Source of the DNA: Cyanophora paradoxa CCMP329
Taxonomy: Eukaryota > Plantae > Glaucophyta
Direction: 5' to 3'
Length of the DNA: 64,000 nucleotides
Assembly (NCBI GenBank): GCA_004431415.1
Contig: QPMI01000436.1
Coordinates: 372,001-436,000, forward strand
Position 1 is the first letter of the stretch, and the number at the start of each line of letters is the position of its first letter. Positions 21,190 through 30,851 of this stretch are shown piece after piece. A model generated the notes under the pieces. The model saw only the letters and a list, made by a program, of their open reading frames with translations. It ran no database searches and was not told the origin of the DNA. The position numbers were made by a program, and so were the translations under genes.

Positions 21190-21624
21190 TGAGTTTCTAT
21201 AATGATGATCAGGGTGATTTACCTTTTTTATTACAATAGCTTTCTACAATGATTATTTTCCGGATTCCGGTCATTCTTTACGATAGAAATTCTACTGTAT
21301 GATGTAGCCGAAATATGAATGCACCCTACATTAAGCAATGTCAAGTATTTCGAATACTATTCGATTTCATTACAGTAAAACTCAACATCTCCCCAAGATT
21401 CCCCCTATTATATAATATTTATATTAAAGTGGACTCAAGGTTGACTCATATTAATCGTAAAAGTAGTAATAGTATATGGATTTTGTTACGAATTCAATGC
21501 AAGGGTTGACTAAGTGGGTTGAGTTGACTCAAATTTCACAGGAAATAACAATGAATCAGAGTATAAAATGCATTTTTTGAATCAACTACACCAACTAACA
21601 CTGAGATTTTAACAATATATGAGG

Positions 21625-21918
21625 TCCTTACTGAATATGGTATGTGTCACAGGTGTCACAGGTCTATCCCAAAGTTTCTCCTATAAAGAGTAAATTTTCA
21701 AAAGTTTGGGATGGACCTGTGACACCTGTGACACTCGATTATTTAATTTGTTTATTCAATTAGAAATACATAGATAAGATTATTACTGAGTTTTTCATTA
21801 TAAAAAGATCCTTACTGAATATGGTATGTGTCACAGGTGTCACAGGTCTATCCCAAAGTTTCTCCTATAAAGAGTGAATTTCCAAAAGTTTGGGATGGAC
21901 CTGTGACACCTGTGACAC
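21625..21918. repeat. Two direct repeats (period 184 bp), each containing a 30-bp-stem palindrome
   Basis: GTGTCACAGGTGTCACAGGTCTATCCCAAA-N31-TTTGGGATGGACCTGTGACACCTGTGACAC at 21644-21734 and 21828-21918, one mismatch per stem. Confidence 0.95.
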
Positions 21919-22171
21919 CCAATTATTCATTAAATTCCTAAGGGTCCCCCCTTAGACTCAATAAAACATGATAAAAACATATCAATTTCATGTATAATTA
22001 CGATTGGATTCAATAAGAGATCTATTTGTTTAATTAAACAAATGAATCTCATATAGATATTAATCGAGTTAAGCGATATGTTTCCGATTAAATGAATTAA
22101 ATTTAATTAAATTTAATCGAGAAAGTACATGAATATAATATAGATTAAATCAATTAACTTTTAGACCAATC

Positions 22172-22454
22172 ACACATAGTAAAATGCGGAGTTTTAACCA
22201 GAGGCAAGATCTAATTGAGATTCAGTTATATTATTCGGAAATATATAGAGATTATCGATAGACTCAGTAAGACTAATCGGAAAATAAGAGAAATTTACGA
22301 TAAAATATCGAAAAGAATACAAAATAATCGAAATAATTGAATATTCGATAAGATATACACAGATTATCGATTGATTGAAATAGAATATACGAGATATATC
22401 AACAAAATCAATTAAGATAAGCCGAGGGTTAAAACTCCGCATTTTACTATGTGT
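22172..22454. repeat. Perfect 28-bp inverted repeat flanking an AT-rich spacer at the right terminus of element A
   Basis: ACACATAGTAAAATGCGGAGTTTTAACC (22172-22199) and its exact reverse complement (22427-22454). Confidence 0.95.
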
Positions 22455-22686
22455 CGCCAGCGACGCTGACCTTAAAGTATAGCGAGACACCGTTTAGAAG
22501 CTGCTTGCGCGGAAGGTCGAAAGCGGCAGTCTGCGCAAAGCCGTACGAGTTGCCTCGCGGACGGATCGTTTCAAGGAAAGGCTTGAACTTGGGGCTGACA
22601 CCGACAGTGAGACCTGGGGATAGATAAAGTTCGCTTGAACCTTTGGTAGTGAGGAGCTCCTTTAGAGTTGTTCCTGCTTGCGCCAT
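22455..22686 (-). pseudogene. 5' fragment of the element-B major capsid protein gene, truncated at the element-A terminus
   Basis: TLKELLTT...LTVGVSPKFKPFLETIRP...AAFDLPRKQLLNGVSLYF aligns with SLKEALTT...LMLGLESKSKPVLVVVNP...ISFKLPRYNFCGKLELAF of the element-A MCP; the frame stops within a few bases of entering the 28-bp repeat. Confidence 0.82.
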
Positions 22687-22730
22687 TTGCTATTATAGAC
22701 CAGAAAATTTTCATGCATATTGTTGTAAAG

Positions 22731-23609
22731 ATGAAGCTCCGCGTAAATGTCGATTCTAGGGACCGGTTCGAAGGCACGTCCTCGAATTTCAAGATCAATC
22801 TCCCAAGGCCCCTCGTTAATGTAAAGTCGGTGCGAGTTGATTCGCTAGAACTGTTTCATAACATGTTCAACCTGTCAACACAAGCCGCAATTATCACCGG
22901 CACTCTTGATCCCTCTGGCGTTGAGAAAACGCGTGCTAATGCTTTCAAGCCCGGAGTCTATACGCCAACCTCCCTTGCAAACTATCTAAGCACGCTTCTT
23001 AAAACCCAGCAGTATAGTTACGGCGGAACTACTTATCAGCGCAAGTTCGTCGTTCAGTTTGAAGAGATCTCAATGCGGCTTAGGTTCCTGTGTGAAGCGG
23101 ACTTTATTTTGAGCTTCACATCGGCCGAACTAGCGAACCTGCTCGGGTTTGCGAAGACTCTCAGTGACCTTTCAAGTGAGCTTGACACACCTGAGACAAT
23201 CGATGGCGTACAATATTCGTACGAGCTGTTCAGCGATATGCCAGTTGATCTACTTTATCACACGTATTTGTTCCTGTACATTCAGCAGATCAAAGGACCG
23301 ATCTTGACACTTAACCCCTATACAACGGGCTCGATCGCAAAGATTCACATCGACTCAAAATTCGGGGAGCTCATCAAGTTCACATCTGAGGATCGTGTTC
23401 CCGTCACAGGCTTCGATCGAAACGCTGAGCTGTCTGAACTTGACATATCGCTGCGCTATCATAATGGAACAGACGCTGTCACAAACACGGAGTTCTCGTT
23501 CGTGCTAGAGTTCGATATCGAGGATGTCTCTTACACGTCTGCTGCTGCTAAATCCGCAATCAAGAATGCAGCCAGCGAGTACGTCCCCTTCGACAGATCG
23601 TTCGCATAA
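22731..23609 (+). CDS. Minor capsid (penton-like) protein of element B
   Basis: MKLRVNVDSRDR..SSNFKINLPRPLVNVKSVRVDSLELFHNMFN...YLFLYIQQI...LSELDISLRYHNG...FSFVLEF; homologous to 9884-10816. Confidence 0.82.
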   Translation: MKLRVNVDSRDRFEGTSSNFKINLPRPLVNVKSVRVDSLELFHNMFNLSTQAAIITGTLDPSGVEKTRANAFKPGVYTPTSLANYLSTLLKTQQYSYGGTTYQRKFVVQFEEISMRLRFLCEADFILSFTSAELANLLGFAKTLSDLSSELDTPETIDGVQYSYELFSDMPVDLLYHTYLFLYIQQIKGPILTLNPYTTGSIAKIHIDSKFGELIKFTSEDRVPVTGFDRNAELSELDISLRYHNGTDAVTNTEFSFVLEFDIEDVSYTSAAAKSAIKNAASEYVPFDRSFA

Positions 23610-23634
23610 GTTTTTTCCCACTACTAGTTAAAAG

Positions 23635-24276
23635 ATGTCGACAGACAAGCAGTCTCGGCTGCGCACTCCGCGAAAGAAATTGCTTGAAGTCGCTTCCAGC
23701 CATACTAAGAAGAATCACATTGAGTTCCTGAGTGGTGATACTGATGCTTACCCGCTAGCCCGTCGCGCTGGTGGCGGTGAGGGTGCATCCAACGACTATG
23801 CTCTTACCGCCGACGAGAACGCTATTCTTGATAAGATCCCGAATTCGCGCACTAAGAAGACCAAGACTAGCAAGCTGAAGGATACTGACGATGGGCCGCT
23901 GTACATCTCAGAGACGGCTAATCGTAGCAGGTATTTCATTAAAACTGTGACCGGCCTTAAAACAGTTTCAAAGAAGCGAGCTAGTGATCTTATAGCTGGC
24001 ATCGCAGCTGAGACTAAGATGGAAAACAAGATTTTAAATGAACCGATCACGAAGACCAAGATTGATAAGAAGGTTGCCCCTCCTGCAGCTGCTGTTCCTG
24101 CTAAGACGATCGTTGCGATCCCCGATGTCGATGAGAATGCTAGCGAGCTGCCTGTAGCTAACGCATCGATCCTGCGCATTGCCTCTAGTAGCGCTGATCC
24201 TGTCGGGCCGGCGATCGAGTACAAGCCAATGCTGAGCGGCTTCACTAAGCTAGGGCTCCGGCATCGCTGGGAGTGA
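23635..24276 (+). CDS. Hypothetical basic protein of element B
   Basis: 213-aa intronless ORF preceded by TAGTTAAAAG-ATG. Confidence 0.6.
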   Translation: MSTDKQSRLRTPRKKLLEVASSHTKKNHIEFLSGDTDAYPLARRAGGGEGASNDYALTADENAILDKIPNSRTKKTKTSKLKDTDDGPLYISETANRSRYFIKTVTGLKTVSKKRASDLIAGIAAETKMENKILNEPITKTKIDKKVAPPAAAVPAKTIVAIPDVDENASELPVANASILRIASSSADPVGPAIEYKPMLSGFTKLGLRHRWE

Positions 24277-24680
24277 CCGATTGGCGCACCGCCGCAGCAG
24301 GCGCCGCTAGCCTACTAGGCCGGGCTAGTAGTATCATAATAATATTAATCATATACTAGTAGTATCATAGCCTTATAGCCAATGGATGCCGCAATATGCA
24401 ATGCGCTAATAATTAAATTGCATTCTTACAGTTATTAAGTTCTCAGATTACAGGAAGTTCTTAAAGGAGTGTACCCCCGGACCTCTACTAATGGTAATTA
24501 CTCGCTAGGGGGGTAGACCTCTTTTAGAACTTCCTGTAAAAACAAGTTCATTCAATTCTCTCTCAAGTTCTCTCTTTACTAGTAATAAGCCGGTGATTGC
24601 CAAGCCAGCTACGGTAGCTGCCGGGCCAGTAGTACTAGTTGGCCAGTAGTAGCCTAGTACACGTGGCAGTGTCCACAAGT

Positions 24681-25100
24681 ACTTTGGACAAAAGTTCACG
24701 TCCAGAGGTCGCTAAGCGACTTTGGACAAAAGTTCACGTCCAAGATCCTCAACCCTGCTGGCACATCCCGACGCATGTTTTGCACAATCCAACCTCTAGT
24801 ATAGCGGCACTATAGCCTCGTTTGCACTATTGGAGATGTCTGCACGAGTTGCTAGCTGACTTGGGTGTCGTTCTGGAGTTCGTGACTTTGGACAAAAGTT
24901 CACGTCCAAGATCCTCAACCCTGCTGGCACATCCCAACGCATGTTTTGCACGATCCGACCTCTAGTATAGCCTCGTTCGCACTATTGGAGACGCCTGCAC
25001 GAATTGATAGTTGACTTGGGTGGCGTTCTGGAGTTCGTGACTTTGGACAAAAGTTCACGTCCAAGGTCGCCAAGTGACTTTGGACAAAAGTTCACGTCCA
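24681..25100. repeat. Five copies of the 24-mer ACTTTGGACAAAAGTTCACGTCCA within a ~160-bp tandem duplication (terminal arm of element B)
   Basis: Copies start at 24681, 24719, 24885, 25040 and 25077; each has an internal TGGAC...GTCCA inverted repeat; the two long spacers are near-identical. Confidence 0.93.
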
Positions 25101-26413
25101 AGATCTCCCGGAGAGTCCAAGCTTCTAGGCAACCTCACTCATAGGTGTCAGATCGCTGATTCACAGACCGACGCGTTTGGGGGGCCCGCCTCAATTCACT
25201 GCTATATCTTTTGCAAGATCGATTGGAGTAGACGTTAGATACTACCTAGCGGTTGCTGGATGGAAGGGGAGGTAGACCAGAGGGAGAGAAGGGCGGTAGA
25301 CGTAGCGAGAGAGTGGGAAAGAATGAGGGCTGGGAAGGCGCTGGAGTGGGTGGGATGGGGTGGTTTTGGAGGGGTGAGGGTGGCAAAGAGGGCGGGCCCA
25401 CCCTGATGGGGGTACTCTCATTTTTTGCTCCGCTTTAATTTCGGCTGGACTTGTATGGCGTTTTTCAGCTTGCTGTTTTCGAATTCTTGCTCAATTCCTT
25501 GAAATTAGCTTGCAATGAAATCGCCCGCCGGGCCGGCGGCCTTCACTTTACAGTGATCGGAGGAGTTGCGGGCTGCGCTGCCATTGCGGCGATTGCCTTC
25601 GTTCTCGTCCGGCGGAGGCGCTCCCGGCACCGCGAGTTTAGTCAAGGGATCACAGCAGCTTCTCAGAGTCTGATTCGCGCAACAGTAATTCGCAAGCTCC
25701 GGTGGCTAAGCTGCCGGCTAGTCCTCCCGAAATTCCGGATATTGAAGCGATTAATATTAAATAGATCAAGACATAGGTCATGACTCATGATCAGTGCCAC
25801 GGTGATCAGATCACTGAGTCAGCGAGGCACGTGCACGATACGTATATATATACGTACATGTATACATACAATGCCCCACCTTGGCACGGACCGGGTGATC
25901 TCTGTTTTGTATATACGTAGAGCTTCCGAGTTCTATGGTACTAGTACTATAGCTAGCTGTACATGTATATATAGCAATTATATGTAGTCCTCGTTCGAAT
26001 TCATCTGGTTTCTGCAACTGCGATCTCAATCAGCTCTAGATCTCCACTTTTGATACTTTAATAAATCAAGAAGCAGTTTTTCTATTAAAGAAGAAAGCAC
26101 TTCGGGTCCGTCCGGGAGAGCCCGCAGCGCCAGGCTACCTATAAAGAGTGACCGCAGAGAGATAATTGGAGGCACCGGTACCGCCCGCCCTAGGCCTCGG
26201 ATGTCCATTTCGCGCCAACCCGCCCCAACGTTAACCCCCTGCCTGCGGATCTACCGCGAAATCACTCTATTACACATCACTGCATCGGCTCAAGCTCCAA
26301 AAAAAGGGAAGCTAGTGCTGCAAGAGCACAGGGAGGCCGCAGCGCTAGCCCCGCGAGAGAGAACACCGCAGCGCGGATTCAGAAAAAGGGGGCGCAGCGC
26401 AGCGGCGGGCGCC

Positions 26414-27318
26414 TCAGGAGAAGCGGCGGGCGCGGTCGAAGGAGAAGCGCGGGGAGTGGGTCGGGGGCGGGGGCGGGCGGTAGGCGGTGGGCCCGGGGCT
26501 CCAGGCCCGGAGGCTCTCGGATTCGAACTCGTGCCCCATGTACACCGCCTTGCGCGGCTCCGCCTGCGGCCGCAGCCGCTGCGGGCTCGTCCCGAAGCCG
26601 TACCCCCCCGTGCCCGGCAGGCTCTTGTCCCGCTCCGCCCCCATCGTCGGCCGCACCGTGTACTGAGGGGAGCGGGCAACGGTCGCTCGAGGGGGGTACG
26701 GGGCGGGGCGGGGCGGGAAGGGGGTGGGGAGGGGGGGGTACGTATACGCGCGCACGGAGCTGGGGCCGGGGCCGGCGGGGGCCGAGCGGCTTGACACTGC
26801 GGCGGACGGCCCGTCAGTGGGGCGGGGGGTCGCAGGCCAGGCCGGGCCGGGCCGGGCCGGGCCGGGGGGGGGTACGTGGCGCACGGAGGCCTGCGTCCGG
26901 GGAGGAGGGGGGGGGGGGGAAGATGCGCTGCGGCCCGAAGCGAACTCCTCGCCGAAGTACGGCACCTGAGGAGGGGAGAGTAAGGGATCTTTCAAGTCTG
27001 CTTTTTTTTGGGGGGGGGGTACGGGCCTTCTTGGTCTCGGTGTCGGGCCGGAGGCGGTGCGGCTCGGAATCGCCCTCAGACCCGGTGGCGAATCCCGTGA
27101 GGCGAATCCCGCTGACACGAGCTCAACAGGGCGAGGCGCCGAGCTCCCGCGGCGAGCCCCGCAGCCGCTCGTACGTCGCCTCCTCCGCCGCCGGCGGCCT
27201 GAGGCCTGAGGCCCAGCCGGCGCCCCCGGACCCGCCGCGCCGCGCCGCCCCGTCGCGCCGGCCTGCAGCTCGGCCTGCGGCTGCGGCTCCAGCTGCACCC
27301 GCGGCTGTCCCTCCGCCA

Positions 27319-27319
<1 letters not shown>
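26414..27319 (-). pseudogene. Partial paralogue of the SHIPPO/ODF3-like (PGP-repeat) gene at 33.6-35.9 kb
   Basis: Last exons (VPYFGEEFAS; PTMGAERDKSLPGTGGYGFGTSPQR...SPGPTAY...SPRFSFDRARRFS) are near-identical to 33638-34340, with an internal deletion and a different 5' part. Confidence 0.6.

Positions 27320-27320
<1 letters not shown>

Positions 27321-27371
<51 letters not shown>
27321..27371. repeat. (CTG/CAG)n microsatellite, ~17 units
   Basis: Read directly from the sequence. Confidence 0.95.
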
Positions 27372-27837
27372 GCGCCCCCGGCACCCTGCGAGCGCCTCCA
27401 GAAACGGGAAGGATTTAGCCGAAGATCACAACGCACAGATTGGATCGCGTTCGATCCCCGAACCGGGCGCTCAGCCGCGCGGCATCCAGGATCGTGTCCT
27501 GCGCAGCGCTCGAGGATGGGCCCTAAAAGATGGCCACGGGCGCCTCGAACAGCTCGAGCGCAGTGAGCGAAGCGATCGTCTGCAGTGCGCATGCGTCGGG
27601 GAGCGCGCAAGCTTAAGATGCGCTCAACGCACCTGTTCATGACCGATAGAAGCACTGTCGTCCCGGCTCCGTCATTGAGACGCAGACAAACGCGCCCTAT
27701 AGCTAAAACTCGGCCAGCTGACCGCCAGACCACTCCGTGCTCGCTGTACCCGGCCGCGGTTCGGGTGAATCGGGTCCGCCCGCAGCGCGTTCGCCGCCGC
27801 CGTGATTCGCTCTCCTCGCCTCCAGCTCGCGCCAATA

Positions 27838-30800
27838 ATGGAGGAGGAGGAGGAGGACCTCGCGTACATCCTGGGGCTTTCGGGTGCGCTCGGGCGGCCG
27901 CGGCCGCGTCACCTCATCCCGTCAATCTGACAGCCCGCGCCAGATGACCTGCTTCGGCCCCTGATCCAGGGTGAGGCCCAGGCGAGCGGCACTCTCCACG
28001 TCCTGCTCAAGCTGGCCGCCACATGCTCTCGCTTTCGGAAGCTCGTGTGCGGCGAGTCGTCGAAGCTCTTCGACGAGCCCTTGTTCGTCCCGCGCGGCGG
28101 AGAATGCACGATCCTGCAGGTCGCGGCGTTTGCCGCGAAGTACGGCAGCCGCTTCCGCCGCCTTCACCTCGGCAGCGTTGCGTTCGACCCGAAGCGAGCG
28201 CTCCCAGCTGCAGCCGCAGACACAAGCGAAAGCGTCAGCGTCAGTTCTGCAGCTCAGGGAGATGCGGCTGCAGCTTCTAGCTCTTCGAACACGTCAGCGC
28301 CGGCATGCGCAGCGGCAGCAGCTGCTGCAGGGCCGGCGCCCGCGGCCGCGGCCGACGCTCGCGGGACTTTGAATTCGGAGCCGACGTGGCGCTACCTCTC
28401 CCTCGCGCCGCCCGAGATCCAGGATCTCGTCGCGCGGGCCGACGGCGCCCTCTGCGCCGTCCTCCGCAGCTGCCCGAACCTGACGCACCTCTCCCTCTTC
28501 TGCGCCCACGACTCCCTCTGGTGCCTGGACGCACTAGCGGACCTCCCCGACGACTTCTCCCTCCCCCACCTCCGCCACCTCGACCTCTCCGGCCTCCTCG
28601 TACCCCTCCCCGCCCTCCGCCGCATCCTCGCCGCCTGCTGCGGCACCCTCGAGCGCCTCTACCTCCGGTGCGAGCCGCGCGCCGCCGCCGCGCCCATGCG
28701 CCCGGTGACAGGTCGCCGGCAGAGGCACTTTCGTCATCGTCCAGCGCCTGAAAGGACTCAGAGACGACCTGCGCCTTCGCAAGACCTTCCGCGGCGTCCG
28801 GGCCATGTTCTCGATACCGCGCGGGGCTTATCTTCGGGACCCCCTCCTGCGGGCCCTCGAAGGCTTGACGTACGCTTCCGCGCCTCCGAAGCCCCTGGAA
28901 GCCTTAGCTTGGGGCCCAGGCCTCCGTTCGCCCCTCACTCTCCCCGCAGGTTCCCCCGCCTGGTCAGCCTGGACCTCGCGGGGTCGCTCGCCGGCATGGA
29001 TGGCCTGTGCGACCTCGTACCCCGCTGCCCGGCCCTGCGCGACCTGTACCTGGTCCGCCCCGCCCCGCCCCGCCCCGCCCCGCGTTTCAAATCGTCCTGG
29101 GCTAATTAGAAGCGATCGCGGGGCCCCGGCCCATGGCCAGAACGTTAACTGGGTGGAATCGAGTCTGTGGGGTCCCCACGGCAAGGTCCGCGAGGAGTAC
29201 GAAGAGTACGCGGCGTTCGCCCCCCACTTCCGCCGCCCCGGCCGTCTCGTCATCACCAAGAGCCTGGTGCGCCGCCCTTAAGCTTCACCACCCTCCCTCT
29301 CTGTTCACCCCCCACGGCCGCTCCTGCTCCTCCTGCTTCGCGCAGGACTCCGCGGTGGCCGAGTGGCTGCGGGACCTCCGCAAGCACTTCGACGCCTCGG
29401 TGTACCCCCGCTCCGAGGAGAACCGCGTCGACGTACCCCGCCTCGCGCTGGCCGCAGTCTTTGAAGGTCCGCTGCACCCCCTCTCCCTTCTCGCGTAAAT
29501 GCACGCCGTTAACGTTGACTCTCGCGCGCGGCAGAGGTGTCGGGCGGAAAGCTGGACGTCGCTCGGCGCCTTGTGAACAATTTGGGGGTACCCCCGCTGT
29601 CCCGCCTCCGCAGGATCGACTCCTCCCTCGCTCCCTGGGCCCGCCCCTCCTCCCCCTTGTGTTTGTTCTCCGAAGCTTCGCCTTCGCTCACCGAACTGCA
29701 GATTCCTCCGTTCTTCAGCTCATCCGTGGAAGGGCCCGAGGGGGCGACGGTCCTCCACGCCCTCGCCGAAACCAGTCTCACCCAACCGCAAGCGCTGCAG
29801 GCAAACGATCCTATAGATATATATCGCCCCCACGCCAGCACCTGCTGACCGCGCGCGCCGCTTGCAGCTCGTTGAGGAATGGGGGCTGGAGACTCTCAAG
29901 AACTCTCGCCTGGAGGACGGCAGCGGCTGCACCCCCCTCCACCTCTCCGCCATGCGCAAGCGCTGTCTCCCGGCGATGCGGGCTCTACTGCAGCTCGGGG
30001 CCGACCCGGTGCTCAAGGTCAGTGCCGTTCCGCCCGTGCGTCGCGCCGCGCCGCAGCCCTCCGTCTCAGCGTCGCAGGACGAGGACGGGGAGACGCCCCT
30101 TCACTTGGTGCGCCCCTCGCCCCTCCAGCACACAAAACGCGCCGCCAGAGTTCCGAGAATCGCGCGCGCGCCGCAGGCGTGCACGCTGGCCCACGTGGAG
30201 CAGGCGAGCGCGCTGATGGCCCGCGGGGGGCTCCAGCTCCTCCTCGCCAAGGACAGCGAGGGGCAGAACGCCCTCCAGCTGCTCGCCCAGCGCGGGAGCG
30301 AGGCGGGCGAGAGCGAGGTTGGACGGAGGGTCCGCCTTCACAGGCAATCGCTGATCGCCGTCCGCGCCGTCGGTTCGTTCGTTCGCGCGCGCCGTACCCC
30401 TGAACCGCCCCCGCCCCGCGCCCTCTTGACATCGGCCTCCCCGCTGCAGAGGTCCTCGGCCTCGGCGGCCCCCAGCTGGCCGAGGCGGGGGTACAGCGAT
30501 CCTTCCTTGAGGAGCCGGTCTGGGGTACAGGAGGCGACGAGTACCTGCTGCACTTCGCCGCAGCGGAGTCGTGCGGCGCCCCCGCCGTCGCCGCGCTCCT
30601 GCGGGCGGGCGCCAGCCCGCAGCTTCCGGTCCGGCTCGCCCGCCCCTCTCCCATCGAGCTCGAGTCAGACCTTCCTTGATTTGCCGCAGAACTTCGACGG
30701 GAAGACGCTGCTCCAGAGCGTCCGGGGGCGCGGGGGGTACGGCCGGGCCCTGGAGGCCGCCGTGCTCCAGTGGGCGGCGGGGCGGGGCGTGCCCCCGGAG

Positions 30801-30851
30801 AGCCTCCTCGAGTCCCTCCCTCGACCCGCGAAAATGCCTCGCCTGGCGTAG
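27838..30851 (+). CDS. Multi-exon F-box / leucine-rich-repeat / ankyrin-repeat protein (possibly two genes)
   Basis: Spliced N-terminus ILGLSDDLLRPLIQ...LLKLAATCSRFRKLV (F-box-like); SCPNLTHLSL, LPHLRHLDLSG, CPALRDLYL (LRR); GATVLHALA, GCTPLHLSA, DEDGETPLHLAC, DSEGQNALQL (ankyrin). An in-frame GT-AG intron at ~29267-29345 links the LRR and ankyrin parts. Confidence 0.7.

Larger units (their letters stand above)
1..22454. mobile_element. Endogenous Polinton-like virus, element A (left end outside the window)
   Basis: AT-rich, gene-dense, intronless block in a very GC-rich intron-rich host. Carries pPolB, primase-helicase, packaging ATPase, MCP, two minor capsid proteins and fibres. Ends in a non-coding repeat-rich arm (~21190-22454) with a sharp composition change at 22454/22455. 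No integrase is visible in the window. Confidence 0.9.
22455..25420. mobile_element. Second Polinton-like virus (element B), right-hand part, interrupted by element A
   Basis: Intronless, intermediate GC, CpG-rich. Contains an MCP 5' fragment, a minor capsid gene, one further ORF and a repeat-rich non-coding arm. Right boundary approximate (G-rich tract ending ...GGGGGTACTCT at ~25418). Confidence 0.8.

Noticed and set aside
21315-21509. 64-aa ORF in the terminal arm of element A
   Set aside because: Short, no motif, within AT-rich non-coding terminal sequence.
1-22454. Giant-virus (NCLDV) fragment, prophage or bacterial contamination
   Set aside because: The compact pPolB/ATPase/MCP/penton set with a terminal repeat arm fits a PLV; there are no NCLDV core transcription genes and no phage terminase or portal.
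24681-25100. CRISPR array (24-bp partly palindromic repeats)
   Set aside because: Spacers are irregular (13-142 bp), duplicated rather than unique, there are no cas genes, and the context is a eukaryotic virus.
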